DNA of 64,000 nt, taken from Phoronis australis (taxonomy: Eukaryota; Animalia; Phoronida). Location: assembly GCA_002633005.1 (NCBI GenBank), contig NMRA01000016.1, forward strand, positions 1,248,897-1,312,896, read 5' to 3'. Below the pieces are notes generated by a model. It searched no databases. It was not told the DNA's origin and saw only the letters and a list, made by a program, of their open reading frames with translations. How positions within the stretch are numbered: the stretch's first letter is position 1; the number at the start of each line of letters is the position of its first letter. Shown here one piece after another: positions 1 through 13,648 of this stretch. The position numbers and the translations under genes are program-made.

Positions 1-939
1 TTTCGGCTGAGGTAAAAAATTATGCTCAAAAGGGTTTTTAGTTTGATAATAGGAAGGAGGTAAACATTATGTCAGGTTACACATTGCTTATACGGTATAT
101 GTTGTTAAGATTTTGAACTAAATTTCCCTGTAAAATGGTCAGGGGTTTCTCCTGTCCCCAGATTACGACAGAGGACGCTGGTCACGTGGGCATTTCAATT
201 TATTTAGTTCAACGCAACCACTAAAGTAATTAATGTTTTCGAAAAAATCAAGAAGGGATTCCACCGTCCCCGAATTGCGGAGGGTGATGACATCCACTTC
301 GGCATGTTGAATGAACAGTTTATTGCAACCATGTACTACATTTAACCTTCTCAAACAATTGTCTCTGGATCATGCCACCGGATGCCCACCGCTTGCTTAA
401 CAACACAAACCCTATTGTCCGTGTTTACAATGTTTCACATATGTGTAGCAAAATTCCTTATCTTCATTCTAGGGAAATTTCAAGTGCAAAATTTGAAGCG
501 TCTAACGAACAAAAAATATAGTGTAAATACTTTCAACAGCGTGGCAATTTGTTTACGAAAATGCCTTACGTTTTTCAGGTTTATTTGTCGTAGAAACCAA
601 AACATGAGACTAATAAAAAATTCTCAATGGATCTATTGATGTATCTGGTGAAGTTTCCATTTAAAAACGTTCCATTAAATATACTGAGACTCTGTTTTAT
701 TTTGAATGTACCTTTCTTAAAAGTGAAATTTTTACTTTAAAAAGATGTAATAATAATAATGGCACTTGAATATAAAGTATACTTTTATAATCCCTGATCT
801 TTCTTCGAAAATATACTTTTACTAGTTGAAAAAGACTGTTACTTAATATAAGAGTTAGAATAAGGTTTGAGATAAACTTAAAATCACACACTCAATATGA
901 CGCCGTATCCCTGACGCAAGGAGTGTAAAAATGGCCGAT

Positions 940-1340
940 GTCTTGAAGCGTTGCTGTACGACTCTGCGCCTTTTCAATTTTTGTTCTGTAGGTTAGCCTT
1001 CTACGACAGGACATGTTATAAGACAGTGAGGGCAAAGCAGACGTTATTCTGCACAAATTCAATTCCTGTTCTTTTCCATCTAAACTGATCGACAGAGTTG
1101 CACAATCCATCAGCTTTGCTTTACCCAGGATGCTGCTGTAAGCTTCTTCATATTTTGGTTATCACACTTGAGTGCTGTTTTATAAACGTGAATTGCACAG
1201 GCAATCTATGGGAGCCGCCATATTGAAATCATTCGGCACAACAATACAATCTAACTCTCCCATTGGTCAACTTAATGGAAAAGCGCCACCTAGTAACAGC
1301 AATGTGGATATGATTTCTTGCAGCAGAAACACCTTTAAGA
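940..1340 (-). mobile_element. Possible terminal fragment of a DNA transposon (decayed N-terminal ORF)
   Basis: Absent from unit C. The minus strand reads MAAPIDCLC...SYNMSCRRRLTYRTKIEKAQSR with stops, and the block ends in cacctttaa (TTAA-type terminus). Confidence 0.3.
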
Positions 1341-4300
1341 AATGTGCAAGTGTAGACGTGCAGTTTAAATCCTAGTTGTAATAGCTAGTCACACTGAAAA
1401 ACACTAGGTTGCTCCAAAGTACCCATACCAACGAATGCTGTAGTCTTTGGTCCAACACCTCGTTGCTGCGGTAAGAGAACACAGATATCGTTAACACCAC
1501 TTGTTACAAAAATTGATTGACTTCGGCGGTTCAGCCAGGTCATGCGGCTAAGATATCTGATTGGTCTGTAACGTGGAAGAAGCAACCGAATGTCCTAACT
1601 GCTTTATCTCAATTAAACGTTCTTAGTGCTGCGTAGAAATCTAATCTGAATGCTCAAACTCACACCTCTAAATGTACTTCTACATGTAGATATGCAGGCA
1701 AGCCACGAATAGCTATTGTAGAAAGATAATAAATAAACTCGAAGAGTCATTATGGACAGTAAAAACGGCTTCTGGTAGTATGTTTATTGATGAAAACTTT
1801 TTATGTCAAGTATTTAGGTTTATTTCATTTTATTTAAAATGTATTACAAACTCTGGTGTTTTTTTTATTCAATCGAAGCTTTGATACCTATACTTTCTAT
1901 GGTGTTTATAAATTTTTAGATTAATTTCAGTCTGTTGAATTACGGCAACAAGTGGCACATGGCGTGACGCGTAATTTACAAGCTTGAAGATTCGACGAGA
2001 TGCGCCATCGAGTTGGACTCGTGCCCATTTATATTAATGACAGTTTTGTTACCCAAGTGAAATTTCAACGATTTAGTGTTGTGTTAGGTAAACACGCTAC
2101 TTTTGTGCAACTGGACGAAAAACATGAATAATTCTTGTCTGCTGTGATAAAAGTGTCAGATTTATTAAAGCATACTATGGATATCGCAAGTCAGTCTGTC
2201 AACGAATGCTTATTGTGTGAATATTCTTTAATATTTATTTATTTCTATTATATTTAGAAATTAAGATTCGGTAACACGTCAGTCAAGGGAGGAAAATATT
2301 TGGTTGTAAGAAGTTATAAATGTTCCCTTTGAGTTCCAAAATAACAGTTCAAAACGACAAAGGTAAGCTTGCTGCTCCTTTCACTCTTTATTCAAATCAT
2401 GTGAATTTAATTAACATCCCAGGTGTGTTTACGTGACCCATCTGAGTAAAAGAGATTTAAGAATATTCTTATGATAATAGCATTCGTGTGTAAGTGGTTT
2501 TGTGGCAGACTCTCACTGTTACTGACCAGAACATTTATCAATGTGTAGGGCGTACATAACAATACAACCCATTTCAGCGTGGCACATGTAATATGGATAT
2601 TTTTTAACACATGTTTTACGCCACAGCAACGACTTGGGGGTACTCGACTATTTTTAGGAGAAGTGTGACGCTGGGATACATACCCTTGTAGAGAGTTAGC
2701 ATAACTAAATTCACCTTTTAAGGAATTATTGCGAGTTGAAGAAATAGTAAATCTCTACTGATTTTTAATGGAGTTTCAACCCCTACAAAAGGCCTAATTT
2801 TTGGAAAGAAATTCAGTTAACAACCCTGTATAATGTGTAAAGTTAAAAAGAATATGGGACCGTCATTCAAAGGGGGAGGGATGGAGGGAACGGAAGGAGG
2901 GGAGGAAGGAGGGAGGGAGGGAGGGCGAGGGGAGGAAGGGAACGAGAAACGGAGGCGTGGGAAGAAATATTCTGGAAGTTGATAAATTTGTAAGAAATCT
3001 GTCTACTGAGAGCTTATAAGGGCAAGCCGAGGTCGTAAACTTCAAATATTCCCTTTAAAGCAAGCAATGACTTTCATCAATTACTTGTAGGCTCTTGGTG
3101 TTACGCGTAATTAGGAACTCGCCTAACTAAAGAACGAATGTGTTTTTATCCCAAAACTGAATCCAGCCTTCTCAAAGATTCTGACGCATGGAGTTTTAAA
3201 GAGTTTCCGCCATGACCCTGTGTCTCAAAAAGTATTAATGAGATTTAATAGCCTTTCGTATACCTGTTGCTAAGAAACAAGGCAAAAATTAAAAAAAAAA
3301 CATATGTATATATTCTGCTATCAATATTGTACGTAACGGGTGGAAGACCGTCTCCGCCGTTGTATTTACCAGTGAGATATTAAGGAGTTCTGAGGAAAGT
3401 CCGCGGAGAGCCATCTTTTTCAGACACGAAAAGGTGCACGTCTCTGTGTACAATTTTCCTAAATACGTGAAAGTTGCACAGAAATTGTATCGATTTTTGC
3501 GCCGCAAGAGGGTGTGGAATGTCAGCGTAAACTGTAAGCATGATGTGGTTTAATAATACTATTATCATCACTAACAGATGTTTTAAAGGAAGGGTCTATG
3601 GGAGAAGAAAAAATAACTCGGAAACATGTAGCAAAGCGTGCTTCATAAAGCTTGCTTCTTCAATTTTTTAGACAGTTACACTAATTGAAACTCCAAAGAC
3701 AGATACCAAACAATAAATTTGGTCAAACTGAAGAACTGAAGATAAGTAGAAATGCCCAGGTTGGAATATGTTTTCGATTTTTATTGAAAACTCCATTAAC
3801 GTGCTTTGATCAAGATGGGGTGACATTTAGGCATATTAGTTCAACTATTTTGTATCATTGTATGATTTTTGGTTTGTTGATGTACTTTAATAGATTTTTC
3901 TGGTAATATTGAAGAAAACATTGGTTTCGATTGTGTGGACATCTATGTATGTATTTGAAGCATATCTTTAACAATAACGATGAATAACATCCATTCCCTC
4001 GCTATACTCGGTCTCATCCTTCTGCTACTAAACAAAAAGTATGCGAATGGGTACGCCTTATGCACCGTATTCGCGCAGTGCCATTTTCAAAGTTAGCCTC
4101 TGTTTAGGTTTTAAAAACAATGCATTTTGTGCTTAAGTACAGCGCAAAGCGTGTTTTTTCGCGTGCGTCGTTATAATCACGCATCAAATGCTAAGGTGCT
4201 TTCTAAAATGGCGAGTGCGTGAATGAGGTCTATACGGAGTGGGAGGTAAGCTATATTGTGATAGTATTTCATGATGACAAGTAAAAAACCCATTGCGCGT

Positions 4301-4819
4301 CATTCGGACAATGAATAATTATGAAAACTGAAATTCATACAAAAGCCAATTCATTGCAAATATTGGAACTCTAAAATGAGGCTTAGGAAACAAATCTGAA
4401 AGCGTACCTCAAGAGGTTTTGTCCAGTAGGAGCCTTTTTGGATTTAAATGTAAGCTATCTTAAAAGGATAGTAAACTCTGTTTCAGTGATTTTACCCAAA
4501 ACGGGCTCCATCACCTACTAATGCACATACAATCCTGTGGTTCGTGACAGTGGCAACAAAGCATTTGAATTTTTAGGATCTAAGTGGCTAGTGGTCATAA
4601 TTATACTGGAATAGAGCTTAGTAGCCGATTTAACTTGTACTAGCCGTTACATCGGCTGGTCAAAAATGGACAAAGCAGCACATGTTAGTTCCATTCCTAC
4701 ACTGTACCTCATGCTCAATAAAAGCAAATTAAACAGAAATCGTGAGTTTGCATTCGGTCTCACGACTCACCGTGGCAGTAGCAAACTAAAATCAAAATAG
4801 TCATTTTGATAAAAGGAAT

Positions 4820-5187
4820 GTAACGGCTGTAGCGGAGTTCCATTTGGTGTTTTGAGTAACATGGGTCATGGAATGTAATCTAAACAGTGTTCAAGGGTTT
4901 AACGGAGGACCGCTTGGAGTTTTGAGTCACATGGGTCACAGAAGGTGGTAACCTTAGCAGTGTTTATGGCTTTAACGGAATGCCACTTGGAGTTTTGGGT
5001 GACGTGTCACGAAATGTAAACTAAGGTGCTCATGGCTTTAACGGAGTGCCACTTGGAATTTTGAGTCACATGGGTAACGGAACGCAACCTAAACATTGTT
5101 CATGGCTTTCATGGAGTGCCACTTGGAGTTTTGTGTCACATTGGTCACGGAACTTGACCTAAACAGTGTTCTTGGCTTCAACGGGTC
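4820..5187. repeat. Minisatellite, ~69-bp unit, about 5 diverged copies
   Basis: Recurrent ttggagttttgagtcacatgggtcacggaa...aaacagtgttcatggctttaacggagtgccac at ~4844, 4914, 4987, 5054, 5123. Confidence 0.85.
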
Positions 5188-6082
5188 AATTTGTTGTTGG
5201 TTGTGGAAATATTTTTGATTTAAAGTTCAGACAGATTATTACACTCATGTCTAGTGACAGGTATGTCTGAATTTGTTGGACTTTCTGGTTTTCAATGTAC
5301 TTTCACTCAGATGTTGTTGTCAGCTCCCGGCGACAACAATAGTTTGACAAGTGGTGGAGTTGGTGGACCAACGAATGGAATTGGGGAGTGAGGAGACTGT
5401 AAACGTTGCCGTTTCTGAACTAATATGTCTGTTGATACCAGCTGATGCGCATGTAGTGTTAAGCTGTAAATTAAACCCCCTTCGACCGGAAATTTGTAAA
5501 ATGATACGTTTGCACCATCCAAGCACTCGTGGAACCTTTCAAAATGTGTCAATTTATACTCTTTACATACATCGTTAAGTTAGACGACTTAGACTGTCCA
5601 AACAAAATCTTGAAAAGCAAAGCGAAGCAAACTATTTCCTTACAAATAACAAGAACTGTGTTAGTCAAATAATATTCCAACTGCTTGCGCACCATAAAAT
5701 AATCGAAGAGTTTCAACAAAAGAAACGCTGTTTTCTAAATTAACCACAAAAGACACCTTCCGGTGTTAGATAAGAAGATGAACTCTTCATTTCAGTTTCA
5801 TGTATCCATGATCTTTCATGATATGAGATCATCGAGTAGGTGACACCGGCCCTCCCAACACAATGGGAGCTAACAGTTTTGTCATCCTAGAGTGGTTTTC
5901 TGCATCTTCAATTTTTGTCTTAGTTTGGCCTAATGACAATGAATAAATTGACCTGCGGTTATTATCAAATCGATCGCAGTTTGCGATGGCAAGAGCAAAG
6001 CAAGGGGTTCGAATTCATGCTCATAAAGGCAGCTGGTAGGTGTTGTAGCGGAAAGAAAACTACGCATTGTCCATGATTATGC

Positions 6083-7700
6083 CTTGATTCAGTCAACGGC
6101 GTTATCAATGTCAAATACAATGTACATCTCATTGACTCATTACATATTCCTTGACATCACAGCGTGCATTTTTTCTTAACGCGTAAAAACCGGTTAATGT
6201 TCTAAAAATAAACATTTAACCAAGCAACACCTTTTTCGTACGACTTTAAATCGGTATTGGTCCAAAAACATCTAACTCGGCAATGTCTTTTACGTTGATG
6301 AGATGAACTAAAAGGAAACGAGGCGGGAACGAACAATTATGAAATAAGCATTTACTGTTGAAATGTGTGTTGATGACTGATCAGTTTTTTACACGCCGTA
6401 GGCAATTAAACGTTGGTTTTTGAACTTGCATCAAGATATAAGCGCCTGCTAATATCCGATTGAAAACCATTGGGCATTGTATTGAGTCCACTCAACATAG
6501 CTGGCCGAGCAAAATGTTGTCTGCCAAAAGATGTCATTCTCCCATTTGGTGTAAATGATCAAGACCCCATGATAGTTGATTTGATCGGAAATTTAATTTG
6601 GGCACGCGCAATGGTGTCCACGCCAAAAAATCCTAGTGTGCATTCACCTAGACGAGGAAATCTTGTGAAAACGCAAGATCACGCAAGACTTCGGAATGTG
6701 TTACATGGAGAATACTACACGAGTCTCAGGTTTATGACATGGGCAAAACCTCTTGGAAATTTCGTCAAAATCCCGAAGCTTGGCGAGGGATTTTGACGAA
6801 ATTTTCGAGAGGTTTTGCCATGTCATAAACTGAAACGAGTGCAGGATTAGTCTTCTCACATGAACCTTTAAAACGATCTTTTTGCTGAAANCTTGATTCA
6901 GCCAACGGCGTTATCAATGTCAAATACAACGTACATCTCATTGGCTCATTACATATTCCTTGACATCACAGCGTGCATTTTTTCTTAACGCGTAAAAACC
7001 GGTTAATGTTCTAAAAATAAACATTTAACCAAGCAACACCTTTTTCGTACGACTTTAAATCGGGAATGGTCCAAAAACATCTAACTCGGCAATGTCTTTT
7101 ACGTTGATGAGATGAACTAAAAGGAAACGTGGCGGGAACGATCAATTATGAAATAAGCATTTACTGTTGAAATGTGTGTTGATGACTGTTTAGTTTTTTA
7201 CACGCCGTAGGCAATTAAACGTTGGTTTTTGAACTTGCATCAAGATATAAGCGCCTGCTAATATCCGATTGGAAACCATTGGGCATTGTATTGAGTCCAC
7301 TCAACATAGCTGGCCGAGCAAAATGTTGTCTGCCAAAAGATGCCATTCTCCCATCTGGTGTAAATGATCAAGACCCCATGATAGTTGATTTGATCGGAAA
7401 TTAAATTTGGGCACGCGCAATGGTGTCCACGCCAAAAAATCCTAGTGTGCATTCACCTAGACGAGGAAATCTTGTGAAAACGCAAGATCACGCAAGACTT
7501 CGGAATGTGTTATATGAGAATCCTACACGAGTCTCAGGTTTATGACATGGGCAAAACCTCTTGGAAATTTCGTCAAAATCCCTCGCCAAGCTTCGGGATT
7601 TTGACGAAATTTTCAAGAGGTTTTGCCCATGTCATAAACTTGAAACGAGTGCAAGATTTGTCTTCTCACATGAACCATAAAGACGATCTTTTTGCTGAAA
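6083..7700. repeat. ~808-bp near-identical tandem duplication joined at a single N (6891), likely uncollapsed haplotypes
   Basis: 6083-6890 vs 6892-7700, few substitutions, N exactly at the junction. Confidence 0.85.
6727..6832. repeat. Long inverted repeat/hairpin (~47-bp arms, 12-nt loop); second copy ~7535-7642
   Basis: gtttatgacatgggcaaaacctcttggaaatttcgtcaaaatccc [loop] gggattttgacgaaattttcgagaggttttgccatgtcataaac. Confidence 0.85.
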
Positions 7701-8999
7701 AACTCGACGTGTCTAAAACTTTCAATCACACGACGCAACTTTTGTAAAAACACTCTTGCTCAATGTAAAGTAATTCCGTTACTTTCTGTTAATAGTGTTA
7801 TTTCAAGCTCATCAATTGTAAATTGCATTCAGCTTTCGTAGCAAATATTTAAGTTAGAATCTAAAAGATAGTCTCTGAAGTAATACGATAAATAACAGTC
7901 AGCAAGACTTCCCCGCACGTGAGTACTGAATTGACCTTGAGACAACACAGCTAGGCAGTCTCACTGTGTTGGGTTACGTCTTCGTTTGAATCAGTGCTGT
8001 TGTGGTAAAATTAGAGGTAAGTAGGAGCCCAAAGCTCACCGTATCACTTTGAGCACTGAACGTAACACGTGGGTAGGCGATACATTCAAATGCCAAAAGG
8101 TGGTTGGCTGCGCCTACGTGCGCCTACGCCCCACTGCAGCACTGGTTTGAATTAATTTGGATGTGGAATTCGTCGCCGTTTAAAAATTTGCTTGCATGTC
8201 CTTCCGACTGGAAGTACGTACAGTTGAGACAGCCGATTTGTCAATCATAACCATGTCACTTTCTCGGAATTCCGGCATAGCTTGGCTGCTGGTATAAGTG
8301 TCTTGCAGACGCCGATAAAATGTAAGGAGTATGGACTTCTACTTTGCACTACTTTGTGATTTGCCCATGTAATATCAAAAATACGTACGCGCTGTTATTA
8401 ACCAGTCGTGTCGTAACACATTCCAGGTCATGTGAGAAATGTAAAATACTTGATGACACTAATTTCCTTCGCCAGATTCTTGCGTTGACGGAACTCAACC
8501 CTGTGCCACGACGTTGACATTTGCAGCACCTCGAGGGCGAAGGAACGTACGAAAACTTAAATTGCCACTAGGAGGCACCACAGAATTCGGATCCCTGCCA
8601 AAATCAACGTCAGCCGTGCTCCTTGCAATTAGAACGCACAGTGACACCTTTCGTGATTATTCTTTATGAGTGCAGTTTGACAGCGGCGCAAAAATTGTAA
8701 AAGTGTTACTAGGGGCGCAGCATCTGAATCAAAGCAGGTACTATCGTCTCCTTGAAAAATGAAAATAATTTTCTTTATCAACATGAGCTTCAGGAAATGT
8801 CACTCTTGTGATCTGTTAAGTGGCTGTCACTAGCGCCACCTATTGTCAATGTTATAAGTTAGTGGGTCATCTATCTCCCCTGGACAGTGACCAAATTCAT
8901 GAGTTACCCACAACTCTGTGTGTCCTGTTCCTGTCTCGTGTTATGGAGAATAAACATGGCTTTACAGTTTCTACATTCAGTTTATGTTAATCCAACCAC

Positions 9000-9690
9000 A
9001 TCTGACTACAGTAATTCTGCGGAACTTGCTTCACTTGATCTTTTGGAACGCATTTGTAACCATCTTGATAATGACATCAATTCCCTTGTTATCTTTCTCA
9101 ATATCTCTAAAGTTTTCGTCGCAGTAGACCACCAAATACTCTTTCAAACGATAAATCACAACCATATTACTGGAGTTGAATATACAGTTTTAACAGTTAT
9201 CTCTCCCACACTGCTCCCAATATGTTTCCCTGTAGGATCGATAACTTCCAATTGCTTACCAATGTCTACCGGAGTTCCGCAAGGCTCTATTATAGGCCTG
9301 CTTCTCTTCTCATGATCTTCCATATTCTTCTCCCATGGCCGCATGCCTTTATGCAGACGACACTTGTCTTGTTACACGTTACAAACTCACTGAATCCCCC
9401 CAACACACTTGATAACAAACACTTACCATCAACAACAAATTGGCTTCTATTTCAGTCAGGTTTTCCGTGAACAAACGTTCAATTAATGCACCAACAAGTA
9501 AGTTAAAGATCTCTCACTACACCCAAAAGAAAGTTAGTTGACAAATGTATAATCCTATCATTTATAAAAATAAGAAAACAATCAATCACGTGCACGAAAA
9601 TTTTCTTCCGTGGTATTGCCGTTGGTAAAAAACTGTTATGGTGCGCCACCATCCGTCTCATTTCAAACAAAAACTCGGGATTTTTAGAAT
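9000..9690 (+). mobile_element. Decayed non-LTR retrotransposon reverse-transcriptase fragment (CR1/L2-like)
   Basis: SAELASLDLLERICNHLDN...VIFLNISKVFVAVDHQIL...GVPQGSIIGLLLF correspond to RT motifs (FLDLSKAFDTVDHxIL; GVPQGSILGPLLF); frameshifted downstream. Confidence 0.85.
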
Positions 9691-10290
9691 TAAAATATAT
9701 TTTTTAAACCTGTCAAGTATGGAAAATGATAATTATTTATGAAATACGTTATTTTTCTTTTGCTGGTATAACCGTAAATCATCAAGAGCTGATGAAGGTC
9801 TTTTTATTGATATGACTTTTATGCAATTCGGTTGAAAAAGGGACGAAAAGTTTTAATGCCAGTAAGAAGGCCTCACTTTTCCCATTACCACAGTACTAAA
9901 ATACATATTTTGTAATTATTTGTCCTATGTACCTAGTTTTTCTATGGTATTACAACTCCGATGTTCATTTGGAAATATTTTAAAGACAGAGTAAACTTTT
10001 TGTTACCCTTACCTCAGTTTCCAAAATCGCGGATTTGTAAGTAAAAGCTCCTCCGTTTGGCACAGTTTGGGGCCACCAACTAGATCACAAAGTAATCAAA
10101 CATATGGATGAAATTCGTTAGTTAAAAATTTTCAGTGATGACATTTTAAGCATATAAACAAGAATTATTACTCTTCATAAACACCAGATACTGGTTACGA
10201 CCGGGGCAGATACGTTATCAGAATTAACTATATAGGTCACGTGATGTGACCGATCAATAGTGTGTATGGAGGCTAATATTTCTTGCTTAT

Positions 10291-10541
10291 GGAGGCAGTG
10301 TGGCCTAGTGTGATAGGTGTCCGCTTTCTTTACTCGAGGAAGTGGCTTGGAATCCCACTGACTCACACGGCTAAACCCTTGAGTCAGGTTTCTAGGTACT
10401 CATCTTGGTTTAAACTGTGTATTAATAAAGCATAAAAATGGTTCCAGGTGATCATTGCAATGGGTCCACGTGCGCGGCTTGCGCACGTCTGGTACAACGT
10501 GTATCAGACCGCCCGCAATTATTTTATTTAAAAAATAATGA
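10291..10541 (+). mobile_element. tRNA-derived SINE with target-site duplication
   Basis: A-box-like tggcctagtg, B-box-like ggcttggaatccc, AT-rich tail. Flanked by taatatttcttgcttat (10274-10290) and taataattcttgcttat (10542-10558). The empty site is present in unit C (~47545-47560). Confidence 0.75.
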
Positions 10542-10774
10542 TAATAATTCTTGCTTATACGATATCAACCCGATGATTTATAACTACACAATTATACAAT
10601 TCTAAATTTAATTCGTTTGAATTAAACAAACATTCCACTCTTATCCCTATATTCCTCAGCAAGACCGAACACCGGCATAAATGAAAACTAACCAATTCCA
10701 CAAATGCGCGGCGCAACCTCAGTTGTGTGAGATCGAAGTTGGCATCGAGTTCCTTGATGGATTTTCATGAAATG

Positions 10775-12365
10775 TGGAATTTTCCTCGAAAGCGCGGATT
10801 TCCGCTTTTTTTATTCTCTCCGCGTATTTTCATGATATTTCCGCGGAAAAAATCAGATTTGCCTTAAAATTATAGCGGCAAGTTGCCGACGACTCGATAA
10901 CCGGAAATTGCGCTTTATGTTTCGGAGGAACGAAAAAAATTGTAATTGTGGATCAAAGGCGCTCGAATTTCCCGATGACTCGTAACCATATGTAAGAAAC
11001 ACGTTTTCTTAGTAATGAGTGACGTCAGTGGCAATCGAGGAACAGATAAATTCAAGTGCCTGTGCCTGGGATAACGTGGTTCATCAATGGCGTCTGTATT
11101 TGGTATAAAATCGCAGTAACAAATAGTGTGATTCTGCGGTCAATGAATGGCGTGGAGCGTGGAGTAGACTGAATATTTCGTGGGAAAAGTGGATACAAGA
11201 AACGGTCAATGTTTTTACAAACCAAGGTTAGTGCTCTGTAAACTTTAAGAGAGGAACAATTACGGAGTACGTGGCCGACTCACCTTGGACTAAGATGGAG
11301 TCGGAGGACCGACTGAAAACGATGAAACACTAGAAATAACAACGCTTACTGAAACAAAATTCAATTGTAACCGGTTATTCGTTGGATTGGAAATCGTGGG
11401 ATGTGAGTGACGTATGAAATTCTTTTGTTTGATTCCGCATGCACGCCCGTTGCCGTTGAATGCCAGTGCTAAGCCTTACCGTTTGAGTACGATTTTCTAC
11501 GTGCCGCCGAAATGGGATACAAAGTGCTATTTTCGTTACTGCAAATGTGTTTTAAATTGCCGTTTATGTATTCCAATTTATTTTGACATTTTTCGTGTTC
11601 TAGTTTGTGACTAACTTTGCAGTTCGAGAGAAGTGATCACGTGACAGATTCTGAATGATGTGATTGGTCTAAGCATTGTTTACAAATTCTGCCATTGAGC
11701 CTATTTTCAGTGTCCTGGTAGTTATTTCTTGTCACATAGTTTCTTCTACACCAGCGTGGCTTATGAACAATTAACTCCTGTAATTACTGCTTGAAACTGA
11801 AAAGTTTGGCCAACTTAGGATTGTGATTGACGCATTCTATAGTTTAAAGTATGTTGTTTTTGACTTTCGTTTTCCCATGCTAACAGTTGGGATATGAGCC
11901 ACAGGTTTTGGTCTTGACTTTTTTCCATTTGCATTGGAATTAAATTGTTTGTTGGAATTAAATGTTTATGTATATCAGGCTTTCTAGGTAATCTATGAAT
12001 CGATTTTTTCAATTTTTTGTAATTTTGTATCGTAATTATAAGAGTTGAAAATAATTTTATTGGTCTCCCTGCAGCAAATCAAGAATAAGCTCCTGCCACT
12101 CACACTGCAATTTCTTCATCATTATCTTTATTATTTTAATTTTAAAAAATATCTTTTGTTGCATCTAATTGCCTTCATTGTTGTTGCTGAAATAGACGTC
12201 AGGTACTGCTTAAGATGAGTGCGTTTGCCAACATGACACAGTAACAGGGCATCTTGTGATAATGAGGTTTACTTTCGATCTCTTGAGGTATGGTTTAGAT
12301 TGAAATGTATATTTAGGGCCTTAAAAATTTCCTCTTTTTTGTCATGGGTCATTCCAAGCCCTGGA
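10775..12365. mobile_element. ~1.6-kb unit-A-specific insertion, probably a truncated DNA transposon
   Basis: Absent in unit C (47775 joins 47790). The right end reads ...ttccaagccctg (CAGGG terminus on the minus strand) and there are ccgcg-type short repeats at the left; no matching left TIR found. Confidence 0.35.
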
Positions 12366-13508
12366 TATAAGAGTTCCAATTAAGAAGAGTAGACCTCACG
12401 ATGATTTTGTGACGAGTCCGATTATCGGCCCGGGGGCTTCCCGTGGTGACAATTTAGGTTTTCTGTGCACGTGGCTCTATTTTTACCGTGTTCCTTGATG
12501 GATTTTTATGAAAATTGTTTCAAAAGTTTCAATTAAAAGGAGGTCAACTGAAGAGAATTTTGTGACGAATCCGATTACCATGGCTTACCCTTGTGGCAAT
12601 TAGGTTTTCTTTACTTGTGGATCTACTTCTGCCATACTCCGTGGTGCATGATCGTAAACTTTGGCAAATACTGTAAGATTCACCTGCCTTCCTTCAGGCG
12701 AATTTGTCTGATATTGTGCGTCATAGTCGCCTTTATATTTCATACAATCCATGATACCCTTTAACAAACATAAGGTTTGCGTTGAAATCGTTGACGCCTT
12801 TCGATACTGATAGGGTTGCTCTTGTTTTCGATATAGTGACCATAGGTATGTTCATTAGCGCTCCTTGTACCTTTGCTGTGCGAAATCAGTATTCTGCACT
12901 TACACAATTGTTAGAACATTCACCTGGACTGATAATGATGTACAAGTATTTGGTTGCTATTGAAGTATCAGTATCTATTCATCTGTCGTATGCCCATTTC
13001 TATGTCTGCTTGTGTGCCTCTTTATATGTCGATCTATGTGCTGTATTTCCATGCAATAGTTCCCTGTGTTCAACTTAGGTGCTACTTATAATCGTATCAT
13101 CATGAAATGCCTTTTCATGAAGCTAAAACCCAATTTCCTTTGACAATAAGAGCTTTTTGTTAATTTATGTATTTGAGTCAATTTAAATTGTTTACAAACA
13201 AGTATAAACCTTAATCAACAATATCCCCATTCAAATGTTGATAAAATATCATTTTTCATTTTTACTGCGTAAAGGTTTTCTCTTGTAACGCGTGGCGATA
13301 CGTGGCACAAACTAGATCTCGGCAATGGTTGAGTAAAGCTTAGTTCAGCATCACGAAGCCTAATGGTGGCGCCATACTGCAATTAGCTATCAGATAATAA
13401 TGTATTGGTTCTGGGTTAAACCAAGACATGATGGTTCAAGATCTATTTTCATGAAATGAAAATTCTTGTTCACATGGTAAAGTTGAAAAGTAACTCTGTT
13501 TCCTGGTT

Positions 13509-13648
13509 CTACGGAAGCTCCTCGATGAGAACCGAACATCCGCTGTTGTAGCATGTTTGCGCATTGCCTATCAATAGCCCGTAGCACGGCCCAACGCGCA
13601 GCTTGACCTGTATGTAGCCAGACCCACTGATGTAGCATAATCCAGAAA
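13509..13648 (-). CDS. Paralog A exon 6 (SGLCY...IEELP*)
   Basis: cttttacag acceptor; ends IEELP-TAG like the CTHRC1 C-terminus. Confidence 0.9.

Noticed and set aside
4820-5187. Regular ~69-bp repeats as a CRISPR array or coding repeat
   Set aside because: Whole units are similar with no unique spacers, there are no cas genes, the context is eukaryotic, and stops occur in the frames checked.
5307-5578. Overlapping ORFs near an acceptor-like ttcactcag (partial second copy ~62095)
   Set aside because: No recognisable domain, and the frame is not preserved in the second copy.
10291-10365. tRNA gene (also 46801-46880)
   Set aside because: Only A/B-box-like motifs with no complete cloverleaf; the first is followed by a SINE body and TSD.
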